A DNA stretch of 64,000 nucleotides, taken from the IMG/VR virus record IMGVR_UViG_3300015214_000028, positions 1 through 64,000 of that record; one strand, given 5' to 3'. The position numbers were made by a program, and so were the translations under genes. Position 1 is the stretch's first letter. Each line of letters starts with the position of its first letter. The notes below the pieces were generated by a model. It saw only the letters and a list, made by a program, of their open reading frames with translations, had not been told where the DNA came from and did not search any database. This DNA comes from a virus. Its lineage: Duplodnaviria > Heunggongvirae > Uroviricota > Caudoviricetes. Positions 17,641-26,172 of the stretch are shown piece by piece.

Positions 17641-18516
17641 ATGAAAAAACTAATTATTGCAGCAGGTGTTGTGGCTTTTCTAGCAGGGTGTGGTGAGCGG
17701 GTAGAAGTCCCTCCTGCCCACATTGGTAAGGTAATGACTAAGAATGGCTACAAAGAACAGGTCATTCCAACTTCCAAATTTCGTCTTGAAGCGTGCATCA
17801 TGTATTGTGACAAGCTAGTTCTACTAGACGCTTCGGATCAGCCAGTGACTGAGCAGATGGAACTGTTCATGCCTAAAGACAAGCTCAATATGGTGTTTGA
17901 GCTTCGGCTTACTCTGGTGGTGAATCCCCAACGTCTTGAAGAGATCTTCGCCCGTATTCCCCCAGAAGCGGCTAATGAAGTCATTGACCGAATCTCAATT
18001 CAGCGAGTTTATCGTACCTACGCCCAGCAAATTATTCGAGCAGAAGCGCGTGAGTTTCTTAGCCAGTTTAGTATTGCAGAAATTGCGTCAAGTCGTGAAG
18101 CCATCAATGCCCAACTTAGCGAGCGATTGGTGGAGAGTATCAATACTAAGACCCCCTTTCAAGTACGCTACGTTGGTCTTGCGGATCTTAAATACCCAAA
18201 GATCATCGTTGAGGCTCAAGAGAATGCAGCTCAACGTCGCGAGCAAATTCAACAGGAAGAAGCTCAGCTAGAAATTAGCAAAGTTCAACTTGAGCGTACT
18301 CTCCAAGAGCAGCGACTACAGCGCGCTATTGATGTAGAGAAGGCTGCTGCAGAAGCGGAAGTTAACCGAATTCTTGCTAAAAGCGTAACCCCAGAGTATA
18401 TCAAATATCGAGAGCTTGCTTTGTTGGAAGCAATGACTAAAAGCGAGAATAAGATCTTTGTTCCTTCTAGTATGCTTGATTCTATCGCCGGACAAGTTCA
18501 ACTAGGACGCCAATAA
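17641..18516 (+). CDS. lipoprotein with an SPFH/band-7-like domain and a C-terminal coiled coil (candidate superinfection-exclusion or membrane protein)
   Basis: MKKLIIAAGVVAFLAGC lipobox; QQEEAQLEISKVQLERTLQEQRLQRAIDVEKAAAEAE coiled coil. Confidence 0.5.
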   Translation: MKKLIIAAGVVAFLAGCGERVEVPPAHIGKVMTKNGYKEQVIPTSKFRLEACIMYCDKLVLLDASDQPVTEQMELFMPKDKLNMVFELRLTLVVNPQRLEEIFARIPPEAANEVIDRISIQRVYRTYAQQIIRAEAREFLSQFSIAEIASSREAINAQLSERLVESINTKTPFQVRYVGLADLKYPKIIVEAQENAAQRREQIQQEEAQLEISKVQLERTLQEQRLQRAIDVEKAAAEAEVNRILAKSVTPEYIKYRELALLEAMTKSENKIFVPSSMLDSIAGQVQLGRQ

Positions 18517-18872
18517 TGTACGATTATATTCTAGATGTGTTGCTTTCTTTTAGCAGCTACCTTGCCCTAGCTATCGTTATTTGGTTAGGGCTGCCTCCTA
18601 TTCTTACCAGAGTAATGGATAAAGGAGGGGGGCTTAATGAAAAAAGCACTTCTCGTAGGATTGCGTTTGTAGTAGCGGTTGTAGGTTTTGTTCTTTCTGT
18701 TATGTCGCCAACCAACACCCCTAAAAATACTCCACACGATCGAAATACTTTTCGTAGTGTTCCTGCGCAATCTACCGGAGCTAAAGTGCAAGATCTAACT
18801 AAACAGCCTAAGAAAACTGATGAAGAACGCAAGGCTGATTTTGATGCCTTAGTTGATTGGAAAAGCAAATAA
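18516..18872 (+). CDS. membrane protein (two predicted TM helices)
   Basis: Track ORF with hydrophobic segments. Confidence 0.45.
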   Translation: MYDYILDVLLSFSSYLALAIVIWLGLPPILTRVMDKGGGLNEKSTSRRIAFVVAVVGFVLSVMSPTNTPKNTPHDRNTFRSVPAQSTGAKVQDLTKQPKKTDEERKADFDALVDWKSK

Positions 18873-18880
18873 TCCTTAGC

Positions 18881-18909
18881 TTGATTAAGCAAGCCGCGCT
18901 TGCTATAAT
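18881..18909 (+). promoter_or_regulatory. sigma70 promoter TTGATT-N17-TATAAT; the spacer contains the palindrome GCAAGCCGCGCTTGC
   Basis: Read directly. Confidence 0.6.
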
Positions 18910-18933
18910 ATATCTTTACGGTGAGAGACACAA

Positions 18934-19347
18934 ATGGAAAAATACGATTTTGAAGGGGCCTTTTCTACAAAAAGCTCTATTATGACAAAAAATGAACTAC
19001 TAGAATTATCAGCAAAGCTGCTAGGCATTGATATCTTTCGTTCTAGCGAAACATATTTATTCTATGATAAATACGATAAATACGTTATCTGGAACCCTCT
19101 AAACAATAATAACCAAGCTATGCAGCTTATGGCTGACTATAGACCAAGTCTAATGGTAGGAATAAATAAGTACATAGACGTAGAAGTATTTTATAGGAAT
19201 AATGAGGGGTTTCTAGAGTTTAAGAACTACGAAGTTTGGTATCAGGACTACCCTTCTGTAGAGGCAGCTATTCGCTACGCAATTGTTCTAGGCGCAGCTG
19301 AGGCGTACAAGCTAAGAATGGAGTACAGTAATGCGAACACTCTATGA
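18934..19347 (+). CDS. hypothetical protein (137 aa)
   Basis: Track ORF. Confidence 0.45.
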   Translation: MEKYDFEGAFSTKSSIMTKNELLELSAKLLGIDIFRSSETYLFYDKYDKYVIWNPLNNNNQAMQLMADYRPSLMVGINKYIDVEVFYRNNEGFLEFKNYEVWYQDYPSVEAAIRYAIVLGAAEAYKLRMEYSNANTL

Positions 19348-19367
19348 TAGCAAGGAGAAAAAACGAA

Positions 19368-19664
19368 ATGACTAACATCACTATCAACGGCGTCGAGTAC
19401 GCCCCCGTCAATCGCGTCACCGGCACGCGCGCAGTCGTTGTTGTTGACCGAGGCTGGATCTTTGCCGGCGACGTGACCCGCGAGAATGGCCGTATCCGAC
19501 TCAGCCGTGCGGTACACGTGTTCCGCTGGGAGTCCATCGGGTTCGCAAAGATGATTGAGACTGAACAAGCCGATCTGCGGCCAATCGCCGACGTTGACAT
19601 GCCGGCCGATGCGGAGATTTTCTGCGTGCCTGTTCACGAGGGATGGGGTCTTAAAAATGACTAA
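19368..19664 (+). CDS. hypothetical protein; first gene of the high-GC island
   Basis: RBS AAGGAGA precedes the ATG at 19368 (MTNITINGVEY...). GC above 60%. Confidence 0.45.
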   Translation: MTNITINGVEYAPVNRVTGTRAVVVVDRGWIFAGDVTRENGRIRLSRAVHVFRWESIGFAKMIETEQADLRPIADVDMPADAEIFCVPVHEGWGLKND

Positions 19665-19956
19665 CCCAATCATGGGGCCGATTGGTTACGGCTACAGCAA
19701 CGGCTACGGCTACGGCTACAGCTACAGCTACAGCTACGGCTACGGCTACGGTGACGGTGACGGTGACGGCAACGGCTACGGATACGGATACGGCGACGGC
19801 AACGGCTACGGTGACGGCAACGGCTACGGCTACGGATACGGCGACGGCAACGGCTACGGCGACGGCTACGGCTACGGCAACGGCAACGGCAGCGGCTACG
19901 GCTACGGCGACGGCTACGGCACAATCAACTCCACGTCGCGGAGGCGGAGGACGTGA
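19657..19956 (+). CDS. Gly-Tyr/Gly-Asp/Gly-Asn dipeptide-repeat protein (~100 aa; (GY)n(GD)n(GN)n), encoded by a (GGCTAC)n hexanucleotide array
   Basis: ATG at 19657. Translation MTNPIMGPIGYGYSNGYGYGYSYSYSYGYGYGDGDGDGNGYGYGYGDGNG...GTINSTSRRRRT, stop at 19954-19956. Confidence 0.5.
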   Translation: MTNPIMGPIGYGYSNGYGYGYSYSYSYGYGYGDGDGDGNGYGYGYGDGNGYGDGNGYGYGYGDGNGYGDGYGYGNGNGSGYGYGDGYGTINSTSRRRRT

Positions 19957-20351
19957 TCCGCGACGAACTGCAGGCTCTTGCAGACGAGCTCGAATCGAAT
20001 CTGTATCACCGTGCCGCCGCTGTCCTGCGGCAAATTGCAGATGCGAAACCGGTTGCATGGCGCTGGATGTATAAGGGAAAGCCTGAGCCTTACGCTCTTG
20101 GAGGAAGCCTCTGTTTTGACGGTACCGGCCCCGATGCTGATATCGAGGCACGAGGAGCAGCAGCCGAACATCCTCGCACAGTACAGAGGCTCTACGCCCT
20201 ACCCCCTGCACTCCGCATGCCGGAGCCGATGACGAGAAGCGAAATCAGCGACTACGCACGAGTGATGGTGAAGGACAATAGGTCGGTAGATTGGCTGGTT
20301 ATGCAGATCGAGGCCGAAACCCTTCACCGAGTGAAGGAGATGAACGAATGA
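19953..20351 (+). CDS. hypothetical protein (132 aa; GTG start overlaps the upstream stop)
   Basis: Track ORF in the high-GC island. Confidence 0.4.
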   Translation: MIRDELQALADELESNLYHRAAAVLRQIADAKPVAWRWMYKGKPEPYALGGSLCFDGTGPDADIEARGAAAEHPRTVQRLYALPPALRMPEPMTRSEISDYARVMVKDNRSVDWLVMQIEAETLHRVKEMNE

Positions 20352-21202
20352 ACCGACCCCTTGTGATCTACCACGGCAACTGCGCGGACGGCTTTAGCGC
20401 AGCTTGGTGTTTCTGGCGCAAGTACGGCGCCGGCGCTGACTACGTTGCAGGCGTGTACCAGCAAGCTCCGCCTGACGTGGCCGGGCGCGACGTGTACCTG
20501 GTGGACTTCAGCTACAAGCGCTCCGTGGTGGAGCAGATGCTGGCGCAGGCGCGCAGCGTGTGCTTAATCGACCACCACAAGACCGCCATTGAAGACTTGC
20601 AGCCGCTGTTCATGCAGGATTCGTGGGCGGGGGAGCCGAAGCAACTGGCGCACTTCACCGACTTGAACCGGAGCGGTGCCACGCTGGCGTGGGACTACCT
20701 GTTCCCGGGCGAAGACCGGCCGCTCCTGCTGGGCCATGTGGAAGACCGCGACCTGTGGCGCTTCAAGCTGCAGGGCACGCGCGAGATTCAGGCGTTCATG
20801 TTCTCGCACGAGTACAGCTTCGAGCTGTGGGACAAGCTTATGAGCGCCGATCAGGTGGAACTGCTGAAGATGACCGCAGCCGGTGCCGCCATCGAGCGTA
20901 AACACCACAAGGACGTGGCCGAGCTGGTGGCTGTGTGCAAGCGACGTATGGTGATCGGCGCCCATGATGTGCCCGTCGCGAGTCTTCCGTACACGATGGT
21001 TAGCGATGCCGCGCACCTGATGGCGCAGGGCGAGCCATTCGCGGCGTGCTACTGGGACACCGCCGAAGGTCGCGTGTTCGGCCTGCGCTCCTCCGACGAA
21101 GGCGTGGACGTATCTGAAGTGGCAAAGCAGTACGGCGGTGGCGGCCACGCCAAAGCGGCCGGATTCATGGTGCCGCGTGGTCACGTTCTAGCGGTGGCGT
21201 AA
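20348..21202 (+). CDS. DHH/DHHA1-family phosphoesterase (NrnA-like nanoRNase / pAp- or cyclic-dinucleotide-phosphodiesterase-like)
   Basis: Motifs LVIYHGNCADGFSAA, LVDFS, CLIDHHKT (DHH), and C-terminal QYGGGGHAKAAGF (DHHA1 GGGH). ATG at 20348 shares its A with the upstream stop (ATGA). Confidence 0.65.
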   Translation: MNRPLVIYHGNCADGFSAAWCFWRKYGAGADYVAGVYQQAPPDVAGRDVYLVDFSYKRSVVEQMLAQARSVCLIDHHKTAIEDLQPLFMQDSWAGEPKQLAHFTDLNRSGATLAWDYLFPGEDRPLLLGHVEDRDLWRFKLQGTREIQAFMFSHEYSFELWDKLMSADQVELLKMTAAGAAIERKHHKDVAELVAVCKRRMVIGAHDVPVASLPYTMVSDAAHLMAQGEPFAACYWDTAEGRVFGLRSSDEGVDVSEVAKQYGGGGHAKAAGFMVPRGHVLAVA

Positions 21203-21230
21203 TGCTGCGCCGAGTCAAGGAGGTGAACAA

Positions 21231-21458
21231 ATGAAAGGAACTGAAATGAATGTGAGCGTCGAACAGTTGAGCGACGGAGATCGTGTCCGCTTGCACCCGA
21301 ACTCGGACAACCCGATTCACAAGCAGCCGGTGTATGCAACGTACTCGCAGGGATACTTCTTCTGCGATGGAAGTGGCCCTGCGGATGGTCCCGACTACTT
21401 CTTCCGCGACGTGCTGACATTCAATGACCGCATTGAGTTGATTGTCACCAACAGGTAA
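21231..21458 (+). CDS. hypothetical protein (75 aa)
   Basis: Track ORF; high GC. Confidence 0.4.
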   Translation: MKGTEMNVSVEQLSDGDRVRLHPNSDNPIHKQPVYATYSQGYFFCDGSGPADGPDYFFRDVLTFNDRIELIVTNR

Positions 21459-21494
21459 GTCAATTCCTAAGCGCTACGAGAAGGAGAGGAACAA

Positions 21495-21731
21495 GTGAGC
21501 AAGATAAAAAACGGCGGTCCGGCTTACCCAGCGGTTGATATTGTTCCCGGAGTAAATTACAATTCTTCAACCGAAATCTATTACAAGGGCATGACCCTGC
21601 GCGATTGGTTTGCAGGACAGGCACTAGTCGGGCTATCTATTCGACGTGAAGGCGAGTGCGATGCAGACGACGCCGAAAACGCTTACAGACTCGCAGACGC
21701 CATGCTCAAGGCAAGGGAGGTGAACAAGTGA
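21495..21731 (+). CDS. hypothetical protein (78 aa; GTG start with a GGAG RBS)
   Basis: Track ORF; last gene of the high-GC island. Confidence 0.4.
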   Translation: MSKIKNGGPAYPAVDIVPGVNYNSSTEIYYKGMTLRDWFAGQALVGLSIRREGECDADDAENAYRLADAMLKAREVNK

Positions 21732-21794
21732 GCATCGAACTAATCGAAGCAATCGGGGTATGGATAGTACTGCCGGTAACGTGTAGGAGTTAAA

Positions 21795-22121
21795 ATGATG
21801 CATAAAAATGCCTGGCTTCGTGTTATTGACGAAGCTCTAGTAACTTCTGGGCTAGAGTTTGCTAGCCCTAATGATTCATATGAAGAGGCTAAACAAAAAT
21901 TAAATGATCTGATTTGTTGGAATATTTCAGTGGCTGTTGATCCGGTACTTGCGGAGCAACTATCAGAAGAAGAAATACTAGAAGCTATTAGCCCTTTCTA
22001 CAGCACTAGATTATTAGCTATTATGGGACTGGAAGGGGGCCTGCCTGAGTTTAGAGAGATCGAAAGGGCGGTACTACACAAACTGTATAATACCTTTTCC
22101 AAAAAGAAATTTGGGGCTTGA
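21795..22121 (+). CDS. hypothetical protein (108 aa)
   Basis: Track ORF; composition returns to AT-rich. Confidence 0.45.
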   Translation: MMHKNAWLRVIDEALVTSGLEFASPNDSYEEAKQKLNDLICWNISVAVDPVLAEQLSEEEILEAISPFYSTRLLAIMGLEGGLPEFREIERAVLHKLYNTFSKKKFGA

Positions 22122-22146
22122 TTTTCTTTTTTGGCCCGTGTATAAT
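22118..22146 (+). promoter_or_regulatory. sigma70 promoter TTGATT-N17-TATAAT
   Basis: Read directly. Confidence 0.6.
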
Positions 22147-22184
22147 ATTATTTCTGAGTCGGAAATCAAATCAAAAAGGAAAAC

Positions 22185-22472
22185 ATGGAAATTAACGAAG
22201 TATTGAAAGAACGGGGCTCCAGGTATGGGCCATTTTCGGGACATGCAGCTATTGCGCAATCTCTAAAAGATGTTTTTGAAGGTGAAGGTGCACCAACTAG
22301 TTTTGAAACCAATTGGTACTTTCTAGAGGACTTTCATAAAGAAGCACTAGAAATGATTGCTCATAAGATTGGCCGCATTCTAAATGGGGATCCTAATTAT
22401 GATGATAGCTGGCGAGATATTGCTGGATACGCTCAGCTAGTTGTTGACATTCTAAACGGTAAAGACACATGA
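22185..22472 (+). CDS. hypothetical protein (95 aa)
   Basis: Track ORF. Confidence 0.45.
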   Translation: MEINEVLKERGSRYGPFSGHAAIAQSLKDVFEGEGAPTSFETNWYFLEDFHKEALEMIAHKIGRILNGDPNYDDSWRDIAGYAQLVVDILNGKDT

Positions 22473-22654
22473 TTTATAGCAAGCAGTTCCTTATTGATGC
22501 CTACCTTTGGCGCTTCAAAGGTCTTGATACTAAAATTCTAGAAGAGAATGCTAATACCTACTATGACAAAGTAGGCAAAGATAAGTTTCGAACTGCTGCT
22601 AGCCTTGATGCTACTTACCTAAAGGAATACAAAAATGCGTGTAAAGGTACTTAA
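22469..22654 (+). CDS. hypothetical protein (61 aa)
   Basis: Track ORF. Confidence 0.35.
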   Translation: MIYSKQFLIDAYLWRFKGLDTKILEENANTYYDKVGKDKFRTAASLDATYLKEYKNACKGT

Positions 22655-22967
22655 ATGTTGGTCGTCCGTTCATCCCCCAGGGGAAGGCCCTACAATGGTT
22701 TTTGTGGCTAAGGAGCTATCCCCCCGGCCTGCGAACACTCAACCTGAGCTAGCTTTCTCGTGGTTTAGCTCTGTGGAAGGACCCTACTTAGATATTGATA
22801 TGGTAGAGGCTGTGGCTGTAGCATCCTTCAAAAGAGGTAAAGTAACCCGGGCGCAGCTAATTGAGGGAGATTTTGTCCTTTCAATTGAAGAGTATATGGA
22901 TGAAGTCTATCCTGAATCTATGTTTTGGCAACTTGACTGCGAATTTCTAGCTGATAAGGATATTTAA
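22635..22967 (+). CDS. hypothetical protein (110 aa)
   Basis: Track ORF. Confidence 0.4.
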   Translation: MRVKVLKCWSSVHPPGEGPTMVFVAKELSPRPANTQPELAFSWFSSVEGPYLDIDMVEAVAVASFKRGKVTRAQLIEGDFVLSIEEYMDEVYPESMFWQLDCEFLADKDI

Positions 22968-22968
22968 T

Positions 22969-23154
22969 ATGTACGAAGTAAAAAGTTTTGGTGTTACTCT
23001 AGAATGGGGGCCAAACTTCAAAAAGGCTAAGAAAGCCTTTGATGAAGCCCGCGTAGATGCACAACTCCTCCAATTCAGCGGAGGTGTAAAGCGTGTGCTT
23101 TATTCTAAGCAGAATAAGTACAAGTTGGCGGATCGTATTAGTGAAGTTAATTAA
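22969..23154 (+). CDS. hypothetical protein (61 aa)
   Basis: Track ORF. Confidence 0.35.
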   Translation: MYEVKSFGVTLEWGPNFKKAKKAFDEARVDAQLLQFSGGVKRVLYSKQNKYKLADRISEVN

Positions 23155-23389
23155 GCTAAGCACTAGTACGTGCGTTCCTTGTAAAGTTTTAGATGCGGAA
23201 CTTACAGGGAATTCTATTCCGTTTGAAAATCTATACGTAGATCAAGTTGAGGCGCCCTACAAAATCCGCGGAGTTCCTACTCTTGTAGTCCTAGACTCAG
23301 ATGGGGTAGAAATGGACAGATATGTAGGACAAGTAGGCGCCTTAGCTTGGGTATTAAATAACAACTATGTTTTTTTTTTGGACAACTAA
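23093..23389 (+). CDS. thioredoxin-like protein
   Basis: STSTCVPCK (CxxC) and GVPTLVVLD (cis-Pro loop). GTG start with GGAGG 8 nt upstream. Confidence 0.6.
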   Translation: MCFILSRISTSWRIVLVKLIKLSTSTCVPCKVLDAELTGNSIPFENLYVDQVEAPYKIRGVPTLVVLDSDGVEMDRYVGQVGALAWVLNNNYVFFLDN

Positions 23390-23588
23390 AATGAAAAACT
23401 TTCTTATTAGCATTATTGATGATAACAATGGTGACACACTTTCCTATTACGAAGAAGCAGAAACTGTAATGGAAGCGTACGATCTGGCTATTACTCAGGC
23501 AGAGGAATTTTGCTCAGAAGAATATAGTATTACTGTGCAACAACTTGCACCTAAGGGTATCAATTCTTTTTGGTATGCAGCACAATAA
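23367..23588 (+). CDS. hypothetical acidic protein (73 aa)
   Basis: Track ORF. Confidence 0.35.
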   Translation: MFFFWTTKMKNFLISIIDDNNGDTLSYYEEAETVMEAYDLAITQAEEFCSEEYSITVQQLAPKGINSFWYAAQ

Positions 23589-23773
23589 TGTCTAGACGAA
23601 TTACTACACTTTGGAAGGATGAAGTCCCTTACCATCTAGTAGCCACTGAACGTGGATTTGTACTAGAGAAGGACGATTACAGCTTGGTTAATACTAATAT
23701 TTATAGTGAGTACTCAGATGCTTACGACGCACTAGAAGACTATATTCTAGAAATTGGAGGCCAGACTGTATAG
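23570..23773 (+). CDS. hypothetical protein (67 aa)
   Basis: Track ORF. Confidence 0.35.
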   Translation: MVCSTIMSRRITTLWKDEVPYHLVATERGFVLEKDDYSLVNTNIYSEYSDAYDALEDYILEIGGQTV

Positions 23774-24084
23774 TGTTAGAGTATGTATATATAGGAGTCG
23801 CTGTAACTAGCTATGTGTTTTTGTCCGCTCTAGGTATTACAATTGTATTTGCTGGAATCGCGTATCTAATTTCAGTAATTAATACTGTGATTAGTCAACA
23901 AGCTGAATACCGAGCGTCTAAATACCGTGCTGAGCTAGTTAGTACTTGGACAGATATTTCTCATACTCATCTATTAAATGATGATGAAAAACAAGTGTGG
24001 GAGTATTTGCAAAGAACATTTCATAACGGGGCATACCCATATGCCCATGAATATCAGAGACAGAAAAGGATAGAGACAGTATGA
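23773..24084 (+). CDS. membrane protein (two TM helices)
   Basis: Track ORF with hydrophobic N-terminus. Confidence 0.4.
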   Translation: MLEYVYIGVAVTSYVFLSALGITIVFAGIAYLISVINTVISQQAEYRASKYRAELVSTWTDISHTHLLNDDEKQVWEYLQRTFHNGAYPYAHEYQRQKRIETV

Positions 24085-24335
24085 ATGACATTACTGAAGA
24101 AGACCTCGAAGCTGAGGCTGAATACATTAAAGAAGCTGTAAAAGATCGAGTAATTGCATTAATTGAGGCTTCTCCAGCTATTAGTGCCGCTGTACTAATT
24201 CAACGAATCCGTGAACTTTAAACAACTTATTGCATTTTTAGCGGGGCGGGCAGGCTTGCCATACCCGCAGCTTGCCTCTAAAGAGGAAGTTGCTGCCTAT
24301 GTGCAAGGTTGCCTTTCCAAAGATGAAATCCAAAC

Positions 24336-24364
24336 TTGATTTTATCTTTTGGCTAACGTATAAT
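24336..24364 (+). promoter_or_regulatory. sigma70 promoter TTGATT-N17-TATAAT
   Basis: Read directly. Confidence 0.6.
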
Positions 24365-24389
24365 ATTATTTCTTTGGAAGTTTTCAAAA

Positions 24390-24671
24390 ATGAAAAAACT
24401 AATTGCAATTCTAGCGCTAACTTTTGCAGCCTCTACTAACGCAGAGATTGTTGAGCGCAAAATTAATGTTACTTGTGCTCCGACAAAACTAGTGTTTGGG
24501 TTTCTAAAGGATAAAAAGCAGATGCAACCTGTTTTTATTTCCAAAGAAACTAATAAATCGCTAGTAATGATGTGGATACGCGATAATAAAGCATATATCA
24601 CTGCCAGCCCAATGAATTCTAGCGAAACTTGTGTTCTGGCAGAACTACACGACTTAGAGCTTAGAAAATGA
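24390..24671 (+). CDS. secreted/periplasmic small protein (signal peptide MKKLIAILALTFAASTNA)
   Basis: Track ORF. Confidence 0.45.
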   Translation: MKKLIAILALTFAASTNAEIVERKINVTCAPTKLVFGFLKDKKQMQPVFISKETNKSLVMMWIRDNKAYITASPMNSSETCVLAELHDLELRK

Positions 24672-25183
24672 AAACATTCCTTGTAGCAGACACGCACTTT
24701 GGTCACCAAGGTGTTTGTAGGTTTCTTAGAGAGGACGGCTCCAAGCTTCGTCCATGGGATAACTATGCAGATATGGATCGGGAGCTTGTTGCTAGATGGA
24801 ACGCTAAAGTAGGGCCTAAAGATAAGGTATATCACCTGGGCGATGTTCTTATAAACCGTAGGGCTTTTGGTGTTTTGAATGAGCTTAATGGTGATAAGGT
24901 ACTAATACGTGGTAACCATGACATCTTTAAAGACGCCGAGTATACTCCATTCTTTAGGTCTATACGTGGGTCTCATGTGTTAAATAACATGTTGTTAACT
25001 CATATACCTGTTCACCCAGACAGTATGGGCAGGTTTACAGTTAATCTTCATGGGCACTTGCACTATCGTAGTGTTATGCTAGGAGACACGCCCGACCCTA
25101 GGTACCTATGTCTATCAGTGGAGCATACTGATTATGCTCCAATAGATTTTAACGAAGTACTTTCTAGAGTAGCTCAGCGGTAG
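24668..25183 (+). CDS. calcineurin-like metallophosphoesterase
   Basis: Motifs ADTHFGHQG, GDVLINR, IRGNHD, GHLHYR. The 3' end overlaps tRNA-Asn. Confidence 0.6.
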   Translation: MKTFLVADTHFGHQGVCRFLREDGSKLRPWDNYADMDRELVARWNAKVGPKDKVYHLGDVLINRRAFGVLNELNGDKVLIRGNHDIFKDAEYTPFFRSIRGSHVLNNMLLTHIPVHPDSMGRFTVNLHGHLHYRSVMLGDTPDPRYLCLSVEHTDYAPIDFNEVLSRVAQR

Positions 25184-25237
25184 AGCAGTTGGCTGTTACC
25201 CAATTGGTCCTAGGTTCGATACCTAGCTCTAGAGCCA
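25163..25237 (+). tRNA. tRNA-Asn(GTT)
   Basis: Acceptor TCTAGAG/CTCTAGA; D arm AGCTCAGCGGTAGAGCA; anticodon loop CTGTTAC; T loop TTCGATA; encoded CCA. Confidence 0.75.
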
Positions 25238-25312
25238 GGGGGATTAGTGATAATGGGAGCACAGGGGTTTTGCATACCTTTAGTGGGAGTTCAATTCTCC
25301 CATCCTCCACCA
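25238..25312 (+). tRNA. tRNA-Ala(TGC)
   Basis: G3:U70 alanine identity pair; anticodon loop TTTGCAT; T arm GGGAG-TTCAATT-CTCCC; encoded CCA. Confidence 0.65.
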
Positions 25313-25320
25313 AGTTTTAA

Positions 25321-25395
25321 GCACGATTCGTCTATCGGTTAGGACTCAAGGTTTTCATCCTTGCAAGAGGGGTTCGACTCCCCTATCGTGTGCCA
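25321..25395 (+). tRNA. tRNA-Glu(TTC)
   Basis: Anticodon stem CAAGG/CCTTG with loop TTTTCAT; T arm AGGGG-TTCGACT-CCCCT; encoded CCA. Confidence 0.7.
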
Positions 25396-25459
25396 ATTTT
25401 AGTTTTAGGATAGATACAGCAAATTTTACTTATATGGAAGTAACCAAAACTATCCTGTC

Positions 25460-25488
25460 TTGATTTTGTTTGATTAGTGCTGTATAAT
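25460..25488 (+). promoter_or_regulatory. sigma70 promoter TTGATT-N17-TATAAT ahead of the tRNA-Gly/Ile pair
   Basis: Read directly. Confidence 0.6.
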
Positions 25489-25500
25489 GTTTATATCGGA

Positions 25501-25569
25501 TGGGGAATCGCCAAGATGGTTAAGGCATTGGGTTTTGATCCCGACAGTCGAATCCTTCTTCCCTTGCCA
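25501..25569 (+). ncRNA. tRNA-like leader or degenerate tRNA (acceptor, D arm and a TTG anticodon arm recognisable, no T arm)
   Basis: GCC-aagatggttaa-GGC D arm and TTGGG-ttttgat-CCCGA anticodon-like arm ending in TTGCCA, but the 3' part has no foldable T stem. Confidence 0.3.
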
Positions 25570-25578
25570 AAATATTTT

Positions 25579-25654
25579 GCGGATATAGCTCAATTGGTAG
25601 AGCTTCTGCCTTCCAAGCAGACTGTTGTCGGTTCGAGTCCGACTATCCGCTCCA
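25579..25654 (+). tRNA. tRNA-Gly(TCC)
   Basis: GCGGATA/TATCCGC acceptor; loop CTTCCAA; T arm GTCGG-TTCGAGT-CCGAC; encoded CCA. Confidence 0.8.
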
Positions 25655-25661
25655 ACTTTAC

Positions 25662-25736
25662 TCCCGATTAGCTCAGAGGTAGAGCAGTGTTTTGATAAAG
25701 CACTGGTCGATGGTTCGAGTCCATCATCGGGTACCA
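25662..25736 (+). tRNA. tRNA-Ile(GAT)
   Basis: D arm GCTCAGAGGTAGAGC; loop TTGATAA; T arm GATGG-TTCGAGT-CCATC; encoded CCA. The 1:72 pair is T:T. Confidence 0.7.
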
Positions 25737-26075
25737 AATTTAGAGTATACTACCCCAACGGATGGAAAGGAACTACACCTCCCCTTCTTAGTAGGGAAAA
25801 CTCTAAATCTTCTGGGGTCTTGGCCAGACTTTAGAATAATCGACTGTGCGATGAGAGGCTTTAATCTCTCGGGGTACGGCAGTACAGGAACCGTAACCTG
25901 CTATAATAATGATTCCTTTCACTTTTAGGAGCTTATTACTAAGTCTCCTTTTTCAAGATAACTAGACGGACTGTGCTGCCCATAGCGGCACGTGTTAACA
26001 AGTTCGGTGGCGTCTGGCAACCTGCAAAAACTGTATATGCCAGTATACAGGAATGTATCTAGTTGTCTTGAAAAA

Positions 26076-26167
26076 GGAGAGATCCCATAATCGGTATTGG
26101 AGCGGATTGCTAATCCGTCGGCCTGCTAAAAACAGACTTGTGGGTTCGAGTCCCACTCTCTCCACCA
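26076..26167 (+). tRNA. tRNA-Ser(GCT), type II with a long variable arm
   Basis: GGAGAGA/TCTCTCC acceptor; loop TTGCTAA; T arm GTGGG-TTCGAGT-CCCAC; encoded CCA. Confidence 0.7.
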
Positions 26168-26172
26168 TAATT

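Noticed and set aside
19651-20211. 186-aa minus-strand ORF (VAVAVAVA...) and 19682..20074 (TATATA...)
   Set aside because: Alternative frames of the (GGCTAC)n array; only the forward GY frame has a start codon and RBS.
25474-25928. ORFs 25474..25737(-), 25477..25671(+), 25625..25834 and 25692..25928
   Set aside because: They overlap tRNA-Gly and tRNA-Ile. MVPDDGLEPST is the classic antisense-of-tRNA translation.
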